DNA of 64,000 nt from Candidatus Bathyarchaeia archaeon (GCA_050014495.1 JBEKDF010000004.1:1-64000), one strand, 5' to 3'. Counted from the stretch's first letter, positions 38,949 through 49,692 are shown. Translations and numbers: made by a program. The notes: generated by a model not told the origin, from the sequence alone.

Positions 38949-40058
38949 ATGCCCACACTCCGCTTGTTGAACGTTACGAAGCGCTTTGATAATGTTAAGG
39001 CACTCGACGGTGTAACTTTTGATGTGAAGGATCGTGAGTACGTTTGTATCCTCGGATCAACGGGAAGCGGTAAGACTACACTGCTTCGGACGATAGCTGG
39101 CATCATCAAGCCGGATGAAGGCGAGATTTTCATCGACTCGAGGAATGTCAATAAAACCTTGGCTGAGGATAGGAACACCGTCTATGTGCCACAGACATAT
39201 GCCCTCTTCCCGCACATGACTGTCCTAGAAAATGTCGCATTCGGACCATTGGCCAAGGACAATAGTAAGGTCAATGCGGAACAAACCGCAATGAATGTGC
39301 TAAGACTCGTGAGATTAGACAAACGTATCGATGCATATCCGAACGAGCTTAGTGGAGGTATGCAGCAACGTGTAGCCCTCGCGAGAGGCCTCGCATCTGG
39401 TGCTAAGTTACTCCTATTAGACGAACCCTTAGGCGCTCTCGACGTCAGATTACGTCTAGAACTTAGAGTACAGCTTAGACGACTCGCGAAGGAGTCAGGT
39501 TTTACTGTCATCCACGTGACCCACGACCAGGAGGAAGCAATGACTATAGGCGACCGTATTCTAGTCCTCCGTAAGGGACGCTTGCAACAGTACGGGACGC
39601 CTTACCACGTTTACAACCGTCCAGAGAAGATATTCGTCGCCAATTTCGTAGGGAACACAAACTTCCTCGAGGCGATTGTTGAAAGTAGGTCGAGGGAGGG
39701 AAGCACCTTAACCCTTAGGGAAGGTCTGAAAATCAGAGTCCTCGACTCAAGCTTCGAACCGGAGGAAGCCGTTATCGTTGCTTTAAGGGAGGAGAAGATC
39801 TCGGTAACGCCCGAACCGAGAGGGGATGAACCTAACAGATTATCTGGTGAGATAATTGAGGTCCACTTCTTAGGCAGCCATGTTCGATATGTGATCAGGT
39901 TAACGAACGGTGACGAAGTTGCCGCCCGTGTTGCAATAAAGGAGGCAAGAAATGAACTCAATCATGGTGACTGGGTTAGTATTAGTTTCGATCCGATGAA
40001 CTCACACATCTACGAGTACCCGATGCTTGGGCTACAGAGCGAGCTGGAGGCGAGCTAG
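38949..40058 (+). CDS. ABC importer ATPase (PotA/FbpC-like with TOBE)
   Basis: GSTGSGKT, LSGGMQQR, LLDEP, HVTHDQEEA. Confidence 0.93.
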   Translation: MPTLRLLNVTKRFDNVKALDGVTFDVKDREYVCILGSTGSGKTTLLRTIAGIIKPDEGEIFIDSRNVNKTLAEDRNTVYVPQTYALFPHMTVLENVAFGPLAKDNSKVNAEQTAMNVLRLVRLDKRIDAYPNELSGGMQQRVALARGLASGAKLLLLDEPLGALDVRLRLELRVQLRRLAKESGFTVIHVTHDQEEAMTIGDRILVLRKGRLQQYGTPYHVYNRPEKIFVANFVGNTNFLEAIVESRSREGSTLTLREGLKIRVLDSSFEPEEAVIVALREEKISVTPEPRGDEPNRLSGEIIEVHFLGSHVRYVIRLTNGDEVAARVAIKEARNELNHGDWVSISFDPMNSHIYEYPMLGLQSELEAS

Positions 40059-41168
40059 ATGCCAGAGATTAAGGTCGTAGGACTCAGGAAGCAGTATGGA
40101 AAGGTTATAGCACTTAACGGTATCGACCTCACAATTTATGATGACGAGTACCTCTCAATCGTTGGTCCAAGTGGCTGTGGAAAGACGACACTCATCAAAT
40201 CGATCGCTGGAGTCGTTCAACCCGACGAAGGTTACGTACTAATCAATAATAAAAATGTGACAACCCTTCCCATTGAAGATAGAGGTATTGGCTATGTTTT
40301 CCAAGAAATAGCCCTATTTCCTCACATGAATGTCTATGATAACGTTTCCTACGGCCTCATGATTCGTGGCGTCTCACCTATTGAACGTGATAGGCCCGTA
40401 GAAGAGATGCTCCACATGATGAACTTGGAGGATTATGTATCTCTTTATCCTAAGGAACTCAGTGGCGGAGCAAGGCAGAAGACTGCGATATCTAGGGCTC
40501 TCACATCGGGTTCAACCCTCCTACTTTTAGACGAGCCCCTCGGAGCCCTTGATCTCAAGGTTAGAACCGTCCTCCGATACGAGCTTCGGCGACTAGTAAA
40601 GGATCTAGGTCTAACCGCGATACACGTGACACATGATCAAGAAGAGGCCTTATCAGTTTCAGACCGAATTATCGTTATGAAGGCTGGGAGAATCGTGGAA
40701 GTTGGTCCGCCAAAAGAACTCTACATGAAGCCAAAAGAGCTATTTACGGCAAAGTTCCTAGGAGAAGCTAACTTCATCACCGGTGAGATACTTGAGATAG
40801 ATAATACTGACCTCTTAATCGACGTGAATAAATTCAAGATAAAGACAAAATGCGATCTTACACCACCGCTCAGGAAAAAGGAAGCCTGTGTTTTAGCAAT
40901 CCGTCCCGAGCTCATAGATCTTAACAGGAATCCCCAAAAAGAAAATTCATTTAGATGTGATGTCGTCGAGGCGAATTTCGTTGGGGACTCAATAAGATAT
41001 ACGGTGAAGACCGAGAATGATATATCCCTACTAGTTAAGACGCCTATCATAGGCGAGGAGAAGAACCTAGCGATAGGAGATGAGGCATACGTAAGCCTAC
41101 CTGTTGTGAATCTTCTAATTTTCAGAGTCCCCGATGAGGGACTGGAGAAAGCTCTATCACTTGAATAG
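40059..41168 (+). CDS. second ABC importer ATPase (paralogue)
   Basis: GPSGCGKT, LSGGARQK, LLDEP, HVTHDQEEA. Confidence 0.93.
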   Translation: MPEIKVVGLRKQYGKVIALNGIDLTIYDDEYLSIVGPSGCGKTTLIKSIAGVVQPDEGYVLINNKNVTTLPIEDRGIGYVFQEIALFPHMNVYDNVSYGLMIRGVSPIERDRPVEEMLHMMNLEDYVSLYPKELSGGARQKTAISRALTSGSTLLLLDEPLGALDLKVRTVLRYELRRLVKDLGLTAIHVTHDQEEALSVSDRIIVMKAGRIVEVGPPKELYMKPKELFTAKFLGEANFITGEILEIDNTDLLIDVNKFKIKTKCDLTPPLRKKEACVLAIRPELIDLNRNPQKENSFRCDVVEANFVGDSIRYTVKTENDISLLVKTPIIGEEKNLAIGDEAYVSLPVVNLLIFRVPDEGLEKALSLE

Positions 41169-41182
41169 GGTGAGATGTAACT

Positions 41183-41860
41183 GTGAAACCACTCGAGAGT
41201 TGGCTAAAGACGCGTAGAAAGGTTCAAGCAATAAGCATGCTCCTGGAGCACTCAAAGACCACTGTAATGGCTGCAGAGCAACTAGATCGATGCATCAACT
41301 TTGCACTCCAAGGGAAGAGGGAGGACCTTGAACGCAGCTTCGAAGTTCTTCAGTTAAAGGAAAAGGAGGCCGATCTCTTAAAGAGAAAAATTATTGGCGA
41401 ACTCGCAACAGGCGACCTCCCAATTTCAGAAAGGGAGGATCTCATGCGCTTAGGGAGACAAATCGATGACGTGATAGACTGGATAAATGAAACTGGACGA
41501 ATACTCGTCGAGTTCAGACTCTTAGATATGCCAGATGAAGTGAAGGTAACTACTGGCGAGATGGCACACGTGATAAAGACATGCGTCATAAAGCTCGACG
41601 ACTGCATAGAAAAGTTGACAGATAGGGAGTTCCAGGATGCCTTAAAGGCTGCTGACGAGGTTGAGCGATTGGAAGAGCAGATGGATGGTCTCTACCAGAG
41701 AGGGAGACGATCCATATCGGGTCTCACCACTGCATCTGTCGAGATCGGTCAGGCCATCCTTCTATCCGATTTTATGGACTCGCTCGAGACAATTACTGAT
41801 CGTTGCGAGGACACATGCGATGAGGTCAGAGTCATCGCAGTGACGGCCCCTGAACTTTGA
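41183..41860 (+). CDS. DUF47 (PhoU-like) protein
   Basis: EKEAD..KRKI, REDL..L...IDDVID, E.ITD.CED. Confidence 0.88.
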   Translation: MKPLESWLKTRRKVQAISMLLEHSKTTVMAAEQLDRCINFALQGKREDLERSFEVLQLKEKEADLLKRKIIGELATGDLPISEREDLMRLGRQIDDVIDWINETGRILVEFRLLDMPDEVKVTTGEMAHVIKTCVIKLDDCIEKLTDREFQDALKAADEVERLEEQMDGLYQRGRRSISGLTTASVEIGQAILLSDFMDSLETITDRCEDTCDEVRVIAVTAPEL

Positions 41861-42054
41861 TCTCTGTGCTTATATAATTAATTCATATGGTTAAATTGAC
41901 CTCTTCTCCATGCATTCCTCGAGAGTAGCTATAATATCCCCGTGCTGGTGCTAACCCAGAATTCGAATTGTTTATGATTAGAGTACGGTTGAATGATCCT
42001 TCTTTGAAATGTTTTAAATCGGTTGCGCGTAAACAGTTCCTCGGTGCACAAATT

Positions 42055-43482
42055 TTGGCCAACCCTTGGCTTGAAGTTGATAAAAAGATAGTATCCGAGA
42101 TATACACGTCGTCAGAGCCGATGGACAACCTGAAGATGCTCTGCGATGTTTACGGGAGCAGATTCCCTGGCACTCCTGGAGATCTAGGTTCGGTCAAGTA
42201 TATGGTTGAGAAGCTTAAGGGCTATGGGATCCCCGAAGCTTACTACGAGGGTTACAAGATACCTGGCTGGAAGAGGGGGCCTTCGAAGCTTGATATCGTA
42301 AGCCCCTTGAAGAAGGAGATCGGCTGTATCAGTCTACCTCATAGCATCGCTGGTGAGGTAGAAGCAAACCTTATTTGGCTTGGGGACGGCGCTATCGATA
42401 TTTACGAGAAAAGGAAGAAGGATATCGATGGTAACATTGTAATGGTTAGTAGCGCGAATCCGCTGGGTATGACGCGGTCGCTTCACAGGTCGGAGAAGTT
42501 TCTGAGGAGTGTCCTCGCGGGGGCAAAGGGTTGGATATTCATGAACCAGTACCCCGCCTACGGGCCTCAAACTGGCGGTATCAGCCCAGTCATCCCCTCC
42601 ATTAGTGTGAGCTACGAGGATGGTATGTACCTTGTGCGGAGCATTGAGAGGGAGGGGAAGGTTACTCTTAGAATCAAAACGACGGATAAGAACATGGAGG
42701 TGACAACCTACAACGTCATCGCGGACATCCCTGGGACGTCGAAGAGTAAGGAATACGTCGTCGTGGGTAGTCACTACGATGGGCACGACATAAGCCAAGG
42801 GGCTGAGGACCCCGCCTCGGGCACAGTAACGGTATTGGAAATCGCAAGGGACCTCACCATGGTCAAGCAGAAGCTCAAGAGACGCGTACGCTGCATATGC
42901 TTTGGCGCAGAGGAGATCGGTCTCTATGGTAGCTACAACTATACCGCCATGCATGCAGATGAGATGGATAACATCAGGTTTATGCTCAATCTCGACGCAG
43001 GCGGTGGTAAGTCACGGAAGGGTATTATCATACACGACTTCCCTGAGCTCGAGCCATTCATGGATAGCTGCGCCAAGGAGATGAAGACTGAACTGCCCTA
43101 CTTCGAGCGTGTTGGTCCATATAGCGACCATTGGCCATTCTACCTTAGGAGCGTTCCCTGCGGGAGTGGGGGAGATCCGGAGACGATACGCACGAGCACT
43201 GGCAGAGGCTTTGGCCATAGCCAATACGATACAGTTGACAAGGTCGACCTAGAATATCTCCGCCTCGCAGCCTCAAACTACACTCGTTTCCTCCTGAGGG
43301 TCGCCAACGCGAATAAGTGGGAGGTGAAGAGGAAGACCCAGAAGGAGATCCAGGAGTTCATAAAGAAACAGGGATACGACCAGACGGTTCAGCTCACTGA
43401 TAGGGCAAAGGCGTATGTGAAGACATGGCCGGAGATCCACCCAGAGACTAAGGTTTGGTTGGATAGCAAGAGCGACTGGTAA
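42055..43482 (+). CDS. M28 family aminopeptidase with PA domain
   Basis: GSRFPGT, GSHYD, GAED.ASG, FGAEEIGL.GS, NLD, SDHWPF. Confidence 0.9.
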   Translation: MANPWLEVDKKIVSEIYTSSEPMDNLKMLCDVYGSRFPGTPGDLGSVKYMVEKLKGYGIPEAYYEGYKIPGWKRGPSKLDIVSPLKKEIGCISLPHSIAGEVEANLIWLGDGAIDIYEKRKKDIDGNIVMVSSANPLGMTRSLHRSEKFLRSVLAGAKGWIFMNQYPAYGPQTGGISPVIPSISVSYEDGMYLVRSIEREGKVTLRIKTTDKNMEVTTYNVIADIPGTSKSKEYVVVGSHYDGHDISQGAEDPASGTVTVLEIARDLTMVKQKLKRRVRCICFGAEEIGLYGSYNYTAMHADEMDNIRFMLNLDAGGGKSRKGIIIHDFPELEPFMDSCAKEMKTELPYFERVGPYSDHWPFYLRSVPCGSGGDPETIRTSTGRGFGHSQYDTVDKVDLEYLRLAASNYTRFLLRVANANKWEVKRKTQKEIQEFIKKQGYDQTVQLTDRAKAYVKTWPEIHPETKVWLDSKSDW

Positions 43483-43629
43483 GTGCCTCATGTCCTTTTG
43501 GGGTTCCCCAAGTTTTTCTTGCGCGAATATTGTTTGCGTCGTCCATTGTTTCAATCTTTGAATTCCGGTGCTCGCGCCACTAGCAAGATTAAAGTGTTCT
43601 CGCTTCCAAGCCTGAATTGGGTGTAGAAT

Positions 43630-43983
43630 TTGTCTTATTGTTCAAACTGTGGCAAGGAGATCGATGCTGAGGCAAACTTTTGTCCTAAGTGCGGCGTTAG
43701 GACCGAGAAGGGGGTCAAGGAGAGTGTGTCCATACCATGGGCTTCAGACCCACACTGGAGGCAGGAGATGGATATGGCCCTTGATAAGGCCTCTAAGGCC
43801 ATTGATGAGGGGGTAAAAATTGTTCAGGATACTTTCCGAGAGGTCGCTCAAGAGGTTGATAAGAATGTGAAGATTGCGAAGACGAATGTAACAGAAAGGA
43901 CCACAACCGTCTACTGTAAATACTGTGGTCAGGAGAACACTAGGTACGCGAAGTTCTGCACAAAGTGTGGAAAACCGCTCTAA
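43630..43983 (+). CDS. double zinc-ribbon protein
   Basis: YCSNCG..FCPKCG and YCKYCG..FCTKCG. Confidence 0.8.
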   Translation: MSYCSNCGKEIDAEANFCPKCGVRTEKGVKESVSIPWASDPHWRQEMDMALDKASKAIDEGVKIVQDTFREVAQEVDKNVKIAKTNVTERTTTVYCKYCGQENTRYAKFCTKCGKPL

Positions 43984-43987
43984 ACCT

Positions 43988-44377
43988 CTATTTTCTCGGG
44001 ACCTTATCAACGTCGACTAGGACGACGATTACCGCGTTGACCATCAAAATTGGGTGGGTCTTCGCCTCATCCTTTGTAGAGTCGGTTGGGAACCTGAAGC
44101 CGCCTTTTATGACATTAATTCGCCTCTTCCCTTCTGGAAGGGTAGAAAGAACTACTTCACCATCCACCTTTTCTGGGTCAGGCGTAGCTATGGTGACGTC
44201 AACCATAAGAGCATCTTCAATCTCGGAGAAATTTTTGATCTTAAACAGCTGACTTAGGCCGATCATGCTGCTATGGCTTATGGCGTCCTTTACGGCCCTC
44301 TGAGCGGCCTTCGTTGCGTCCTCGCCATGAAGGTCGATCCCAGTTCCTACCTCAACTAGATATCTCCTGTAGTCCAT
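43988..44377 (-). CDS. Lin0512 family protein
   Basis: EVGTGIDLHGEDATKAA.RAV.DAI.H.S; GAGGT SD before ATG 44377. Confidence 0.85.
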   Translation of the reverse strand: MDYRRYLVEVGTGIDLHGEDATKAAQRAVKDAISHSSMIGLSQLFKIKNFSEIEDALMVDVTIATPDPEKVDGEVVLSTLPEGKRRINVIKGGFRFPTDSTKDEAKTHPILMVNAVIVVLVDVDKVPRK

Positions 44378-44515
44378 CCCTTCTACCTCGGGATACGGTA
44401 GGAGGAAGGAATAAAAGCCTTGGGAAAAGGCCATTTGTAACTCTTATTCACCCCCGTCCGACTCTCCCGAAATTAGTAGGTAGTCTTTTCACTAGCTGGT
44501 TCTATTTTTCTCAGC

Positions 44516-45073
44516 ATGTCTGTAATAGAGTTCGAAGGTAAGAAGCCGAAGATCCATCCAAGCGTTTTCTTGGCCCCAGGCAGCTGGGTCATTGGCGACG
44601 TTACTCTGGACGAGGACGTAAACGTCTGGACGAATGCCGTGATACGTGGGGACGACGACAACGTTGTGATAGGTGCTCGCACAACCGTGCTTGAGGGATG
44701 TCTGATCGAGGCACCAACGGGCAACCCCGTCAGCATTGGTAAGGATGTAATCGTGAGTCATGGAGCCACGGTTCATGGTGCCAAGATCGGGGATAACGCT
44801 ATAATTGGCATTCAGGCCATCGTTCTCGATAGGGCTGAGATCGGGGAGGGGGCGATGGTGGGATCCGGTGCCCTCGTGAGCCCGCGGAAGATTATTCCCC
44901 CAAGGATGGTCGCCCTCGGAATTCCTGCTGAGCCGAAGAATGATGTCACTGAGGCTACCGTCCAGTATATGGCGAAGGAGCGGGAAAGGACCCTTAGCAA
45001 GGCGAAGGTGTACAAGCAGATTTATCATGAGCTCGAGCACGCGCGCTCGTCTGGGCACTTCTATTCTTCCTAA
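44516..45073 (+). CDS. gamma-carbonic-anhydrase-like hexapeptide-repeat protein
   Basis: PKIHPSVF, VIGDV, IRGD, HGATVHG; first metal His appears replaced (LIEA). Confidence 0.85.
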   Translation: MSVIEFEGKKPKIHPSVFLAPGSWVIGDVTLDEDVNVWTNAVIRGDDDNVVIGARTTVLEGCLIEAPTGNPVSIGKDVIVSHGATVHGAKIGDNAIIGIQAIVLDRAEIGEGAMVGSGALVSPRKIIPPRMVALGIPAEPKNDVTEATVQYMAKERERTLSKAKVYKQIYHELEHARSSGHFYSS

Positions 45074-45352
45074 ATCTTTACCTTTTTGAAGATAAATCGG
45101 TTCATTATGGCCTTATAGTCAGATCCAAATGATATTCATGTAAACCTAAAATAAGTCTAGCTAATTGTCAAATTTAATAGGATTTCTAAAAGCAGATCTA
45201 CACTAATTCTTGTAAGAGTTTGGAGGCTCGAGCCTCCTGATGCTGGTATCGTCAGCTACGAGGCATAAGTACAGTAACTGACATGGTAACCTTAGGAACC
45301 CATAATATAAAATCAAAGTAGGCCATTTGGGGTCTCTGGTGAGTGAAACTGG

Positions 45353-46006
45353 TTATCTCCGGTTGTGTGAAAAGGTGAATGCGGAGGGGCAAAGCTTACT
45401 GACGACGCAGTTGGCGCAGTCTGGCTTCTTAGCATCACAGATCTTTCTCCCGTGTGTTATGAGTAGATAGTTCACCTCAAACCACTTCTTCCGGGGGATG
45501 AGTTCGAGGAGGTCTTTCTCAATTTTATCCCTGTTTTTCTGCTTGGACCAGCCGAGACGTTGACTGAGGCGAATCACGTGGGTGTCGACAGCTATGCCCT
45601 CGACGATCCCGTATGCGTTTCCCAGGACGAGGTTTGCTGTCTTTCTGGCCACACCCTTGAGGGTAAGGAGCTCATCCATTGTGTTGGGGACTACTCCGTC
45701 AAACTCATCTACTATCTGTCGAGTTGCTGCCTGTATTAGCTCGGCTTTTCTATGGAAGAAACCCGAGGACTTAATGTAGGTCTCGAGCTCGGTCCTCTCC
45801 GCTTTGGCGTAGTCAGCTGCTGTTTTATATCGTTTAAAAAGAGCGGGGGTGAGTTTGTTGATCTGCTCGTCGGTGCTTTGGGCTGACAGTATTGTGGCTA
45901 CGAGGAGCTCCAAGGGGGTCTCCCAGTGGAGCATTGTCCCTTTATCAAGGGGGTACTCGACTTCTAGTAGTGCTATAATCTTCTTCGCTCTCTCCCGATC
46001 ATCCAT
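45353..46006 (-). CDS. nth: endonuclease III
   Basis: LLVATILSAQSTD, L.GVARKTAN, VDTHV, C.AKKP.C..C.....CP. Confidence 0.95.
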   Translation of the reverse strand: MDDRERAKKIIALLEVEYPLDKGTMLHWETPLELLVATILSAQSTDEQINKLTPALFKRYKTAADYAKAERTELETYIKSSGFFHRKAELIQAATRQIVDEFDGVVPNTMDELLTLKGVARKTANLVLGNAYGIVEGIAVDTHVIRLSQRLGWSKQKNRDKIEKDLLELIPRKKWFEVNYLLITHGRKICDAKKPDCANCVVSKLCPSAFTFSHNRR

Positions 46007-46091
46007 GATGCTAACTGGGTGGTCTACGTGTTTAATCCATTCTAGGCTTGGGCAGGTTTATTGCCCTCGACGATAATGGCTTTACTCGACA

Positions 46092-46706
46092 TTGTTCTGG
46101 AGGAAGAAGAAGCCTGAGGGCCCCCGGGGCGAGCTTCCGCCACATCAGGCTCCCATCAAAGAGTTAATGAGGTGGGGTATCGACCACCCGGGCATAACCC
46201 CCATACTCCCAGTCATCGATAAGAAGGACTGGAGCCTCGTCGTCGATGGAGAAGTGGATGTGTCGTTCAAGCTTAACTGGGACGACTTCATGGCTCTACC
46301 CCAGGTAGAGGTGGTGAGTAATTTCCATTGTGTGGAGGGTTGGAGTGTGCTCTCTCAGAAATGGGGTGGTGTGCTGTTCAGTGTCCTACAGGAGAGGGTT
46401 AAGCCAAAGGAGGTGGCGAAGTACGCTTTGTTCGAGTGCGCCGATGGATATACCACCAGCCTTCCCCTATCGGATCTTCAGGGTGGAGACGTAGTTCTCG
46501 CCCACAGGCTAAACGGCGCTGACCTCAGCCAGCCTCTTGGTGGGCCGATGAGGCTCGTTGTCCCAAAGAAGTACGCTTACAAGTCCGCAATGTGGCTGAC
46601 GAAGATCACGTTTGTCTCTCATGACAAGCTGGGTTTCTGGGAGCGAGGCTATTACAGTAACACGGCGGATATCTGGACTAACGACAGATACCGGAATGAT
46701 AACTAG
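46092..46706 (+). CDS. sulfite-oxidase-like molybdopterin oxidoreductase
   Basis: FHCVEGWS, GYTTSLP, GGPMRLVVP..YAYKSA.W, GFWE.GY. Confidence 0.88.
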   Translation: MFWRKKKPEGPRGELPPHQAPIKELMRWGIDHPGITPILPVIDKKDWSLVVDGEVDVSFKLNWDDFMALPQVEVVSNFHCVEGWSVLSQKWGGVLFSVLQERVKPKEVAKYALFECADGYTTSLPLSDLQGGDVVLAHRLNGADLSQPLGGPMRLVVPKKYAYKSAMWLTKITFVSHDKLGFWERGYYSNTADIWTNDRYRNDN

Positions 46707-46866
46707 AATCACGCTCGACTAACCATTAAAAACAGCCTAGATAAGAGAAACGGAGCACGTTTACCCCCTCAATAAGCCAATTTTCCCTAAAACCCGATAG
46801 CTTTTTAACCCAACAACAACTCATTTTAGCACACCTATAGAAAACGAATGTCTGGAGGAGTCCAAA

Positions 46867-47142
46867 GTGGAGAGATCTAACACCGTATTCATCGGACGAA
46901 AGCCTGTACTCAACTATGTCCTCGCATGCATGACCCTTTTCAAAAGTGGTCAGGAGAGCATTTCAGTTAAGGCACGTGGACAGTCAATCAGCAGGGCTGT
47001 CGATGTCGTTGAGGTACTCAGGAACAGGTTCATGCCGAGTGTCACAGTCTTAGAGATTAAGATAGGTACTGAACAGATGCAGTCCGAGGAGCGTAGCACG
47101 CCTTCAAACGTCAGCACAATCGAGATCGTGCTCAAGCCTTAA
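46867..47142 (+). CDS. albA: chromatin protein Alba
   Basis: [35 protein letters not shown]. Confidence 0.95.
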   Translation: MERSNTVFIGRKPVLNYVLACMTLFKSGQESISVKARGQSISRAVDVVEVLRNRFMPSVTVLEIKIGTEQMQSEERSTPSNVSTIEIVLKP

Positions 47143-47199
47143 AGGCGCAAACCATTAGGCTCTCGCGGCGGCTCCCCCGGATACCCGGAGGACCACTGA

Positions 47200-47709
47200 G
47201 TGCAAACGCAACTATGTGAGTTCTGTTTAAAGAGCGGCATGCTATGCTCGAAGTGCCAGACGAAGATCAAGACAGGCGCCGTAACAAACGAGTACATGGA
47301 AGTGGCTAAGAAGCTCATTAGCTACGAGGGCCAGAACCAGTTCCTTCAAACCGTCACTCTGGATAACGTGGTAGATGCAGGGGGTTTCCTCGTACTAGTT
47401 GTTGGGAAGGGTGACTCCGCTAAATTCAACGTTAACCCTAAACCTATTCGCGATCTCGGTGACGCACTGAACAAGAGGGTTGTCGTAATTGAGGCTGGAA
47501 TGAACGACAGGAAGTTCCTTGAGGACCTATTCTCAGGGCAGCAGATCGTCACAATCAATATTATTTGGCTCCCTGATGGGAGCACGGAGACTCGGGTCGT
47601 ACTAGGAGCACGGGGAGCTAAGCGGTTCAGCAAGAAGCGTATCCAGGCTTTAGTCGATATTGCGAAGAAGGTTCGCAAGATGGACCTTCGCGTAGAGTAT
47701 GCCTACTAG
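47200..47709 (+). CDS. archaeal NusA-like protein
   Basis: CEFC.KSG.LC.KC; INIIWLPDGS.ETRV. Confidence 0.75.
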   Translation: MQTQLCEFCLKSGMLCSKCQTKIKTGAVTNEYMEVAKKLISYEGQNQFLQTVTLDNVVDAGGFLVLVVGKGDSAKFNVNPKPIRDLGDALNKRVVVIEAGMNDRKFLEDLFSGQQIVTINIIWLPDGSTETRVVLGARGAKRFSKKRIQALVDIAKKVRKMDLRVEYAY

Positions 47710-47761
47710 AAGCTCGAAAGTATTTTTATACCCACCTCTCACCTAGCTGGGTAGCTTACAA

Positions 47762-49054
47762 GTGGGTTCTTTAATGTTCGACAGGGTATACATCGAGGAA
47801 GCTAAGAAAAGGCAGGACGAACAAGTCACCATTGCGGGGTGGGTCGTTCGTACGAGGGACTTAGCGAAGATCAAGTTCATCGTGATGCGTGATAGGACCG
47901 GCGAGATCCAGGTCACCGTGAAGGACCTTAACTTATACCCTAAGGAGGGTTTCGGTAGGGAGGATGTCATCGCTGTCACTGGTAAAGCTGAGCAGAGTAA
48001 GATCGCTAATGCCGGTATGGAGTTTTTCCCTGATAAGATTGAGGTCGTGAATAAGTCGAGGCAGCCCCTCCCTGTGGATATCACTGAGACAAGCCAGAGT
48101 GAGCTGGAGACGAGGCTGAATTGGCGTTTCTTAGACTTTAGGGCACCGCAGACCCGCGCAATATTTACTATTCAGAATAGGCTGCTCTCAACTTTCCGCA
48201 GTTGGTTGACGGAGAACTGCTATGTTGAGATACAGCCACCCTGTATCATTGCCTCAGCGTCAGAGGGCGGCGCAGATCTATTCAGTCTGCCCTATTTCGA
48301 GAAGAAGGCGTTTCTCGCTCAGAGTCCCCAACTCTACAAACAGATGTGCGCAATCAGCTTCGAGAAGGTCTTCACAGTAACCCCAATCTGGAGGGCTGAA
48401 AAATTCAATACCCCCACCCACCTAAACGAGATTAGACAGATGGATATTGAGCAGGCTTTTGCTGATGACGAGATTGTTATGAAGGTACTCGAAAAGGTGC
48501 TTATCCACATGCTGAGGGATGTGAAGGAACACTGCCCAGAGGAACTCAAGACCCTTAATAGGGAGTTGCTCATCCCAGAGCTGCCATTCAAGCGTGTCAC
48601 ATATACAAAGGCGATCGAGATGCTTCAGAAGGCGGGGGAGCAGATCAAATGGGGGGACGACTTTACGAAGCCTCAGGAAAGGAAGATGATGGAGCTCGTG
48701 GGGGAACAGGCTTTTTTCCTAAAGGATTGGCCCGCAGCACAGAAGGCGTTCTATTCTATGCCCTACGTGGATAACCCGGAGATTGTCCATGCATTCGACT
48801 GCATCTATGGTGGCATTGAGATAAGTAGCGGCACGCAGCGCATTCACATCCCCGAGTTACTCAGGGAGAGGATAAGTAATAAGGGGCTGCACCCAGAGAA
48901 CTTCGAGAGCTATATCGAGGCTTTCGCTTATGGTGCTCCCCCTCACGCGGGGTGGAGCATCGGGCTGGAAAGGCTGACAATGATCGTGACTGGGAAGGAC
49001 AACATCAGGGAGTGCTGTATGTTCCCGCGTGACAGGGAGAGGCTCATCCCATGA
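47762..49054 (+). CDS. aspS: aspartyl-tRNA synthetase (archaeal type)
   Basis: OB-fold, SEGGA, LAQSPQLYKQ, RAE, EISSG.QRIH, PPHAG..IGLERL, FPRD. Confidence 0.93.
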   Translation: MGSLMFDRVYIEEAKKRQDEQVTIAGWVVRTRDLAKIKFIVMRDRTGEIQVTVKDLNLYPKEGFGREDVIAVTGKAEQSKIANAGMEFFPDKIEVVNKSRQPLPVDITETSQSELETRLNWRFLDFRAPQTRAIFTIQNRLLSTFRSWLTENCYVEIQPPCIIASASEGGADLFSLPYFEKKAFLAQSPQLYKQMCAISFEKVFTVTPIWRAEKFNTPTHLNEIRQMDIEQAFADDEIVMKVLEKVLIHMLRDVKEHCPEELKTLNRELLIPELPFKRVTYTKAIEMLQKAGEQIKWGDDFTKPQERKMMELVGEQAFFLKDWPAAQKAFYSMPYVDNPEIVHAFDCIYGGIEISSGTQRIHIPELLRERISNKGLHPENFESYIEAFAYGAPPHAGWSIGLERLTMIVTGKDNIRECCMFPRDRERLIP

Positions 49055-49425
49055 GCAGACAGAGCCAGTTCGAGTACAAGATGTGCATAGTAATACGCAC
49101 TGACCTGAAGATGAGTGTCGGTAAGATGATAGCCCAGGCTTGCCATGCAGCCGTCGACTGCTCGGAGAAAGCAAAGCAGGAGAACCACGCGGGTTGGCGG
49201 AAGTGGCGAGACGAGGGAGCGAAGAAGGTTGCCCTCCAAGTCGACTCGCAGGAGGAGCTTGAGGAGCTAGCTGATAAAGCGGATAATCTCGACATCGTCT
49301 ACACAGTTATTCAAGATCGGGGTCTCACCGAGGTCCCACCAGGAAGCATTACCGCCCTAGGTCTCGGACCCGAGAGGAACGATAAGCTTGACAAGATAAC
49401 AGGCAACCTCCCGTTAATGAAGTGA
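49051..49425 (+). CDS. pth2: peptidyl-tRNA hydrolase Pth2
   Basis: IRTDLKMS.GK..AQ.CHA, G.KKVAL, DRGLTEV.PG..T.LGLGP. Confidence 0.95.
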   Translation: MSRQSQFEYKMCIVIRTDLKMSVGKMIAQACHAAVDCSEKAKQENHAGWRKWRDEGAKKVALQVDSQEELEELADKADNLDIVYTVIQDRGLTEVPPGSITALGLGPERNDKLDKITGNLPLMK

Positions 49426-49496
49426 GGATTAACTAATATCAATTTTTGAATAAATCCATTCTATTGAGGATATTTCGAGAATTAGGAAAGTCTATT

Positions 49497-49658
49497 TTAA
49501 GGGCCTTGGAACCCGCAGGCGGGGCACCTGTAGGTGCGACCGAAGAGCCGACATTTCTCGCAGCGCCAAATTGTGACGGCACCGCAGTTGGGGCAGCTCA
49601 TCTTGACAGCTTTCTCCTCGGGTGCAACCTTCCTACCACAGGAGATGCAAGTTGACAT
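49497..49658 (-). CDS. DUF1610/HVO_2753-like zinc-finger protein (53 aa, below ORF cutoff)
   Basis: MSTCISCG..CPNCG..IWRCEKCR....YRCPACGFQGP*. Confidence 0.88.
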   Translation of the reverse strand: MSTCISCGRKVAPEEKAVKMSCPNCGAVTIWRCEKCRLFGRTYRCPACGFQGP

Positions 49659-49692
49659 ACTTATCAGCCCACATACAACCTTGGTTCGATAT

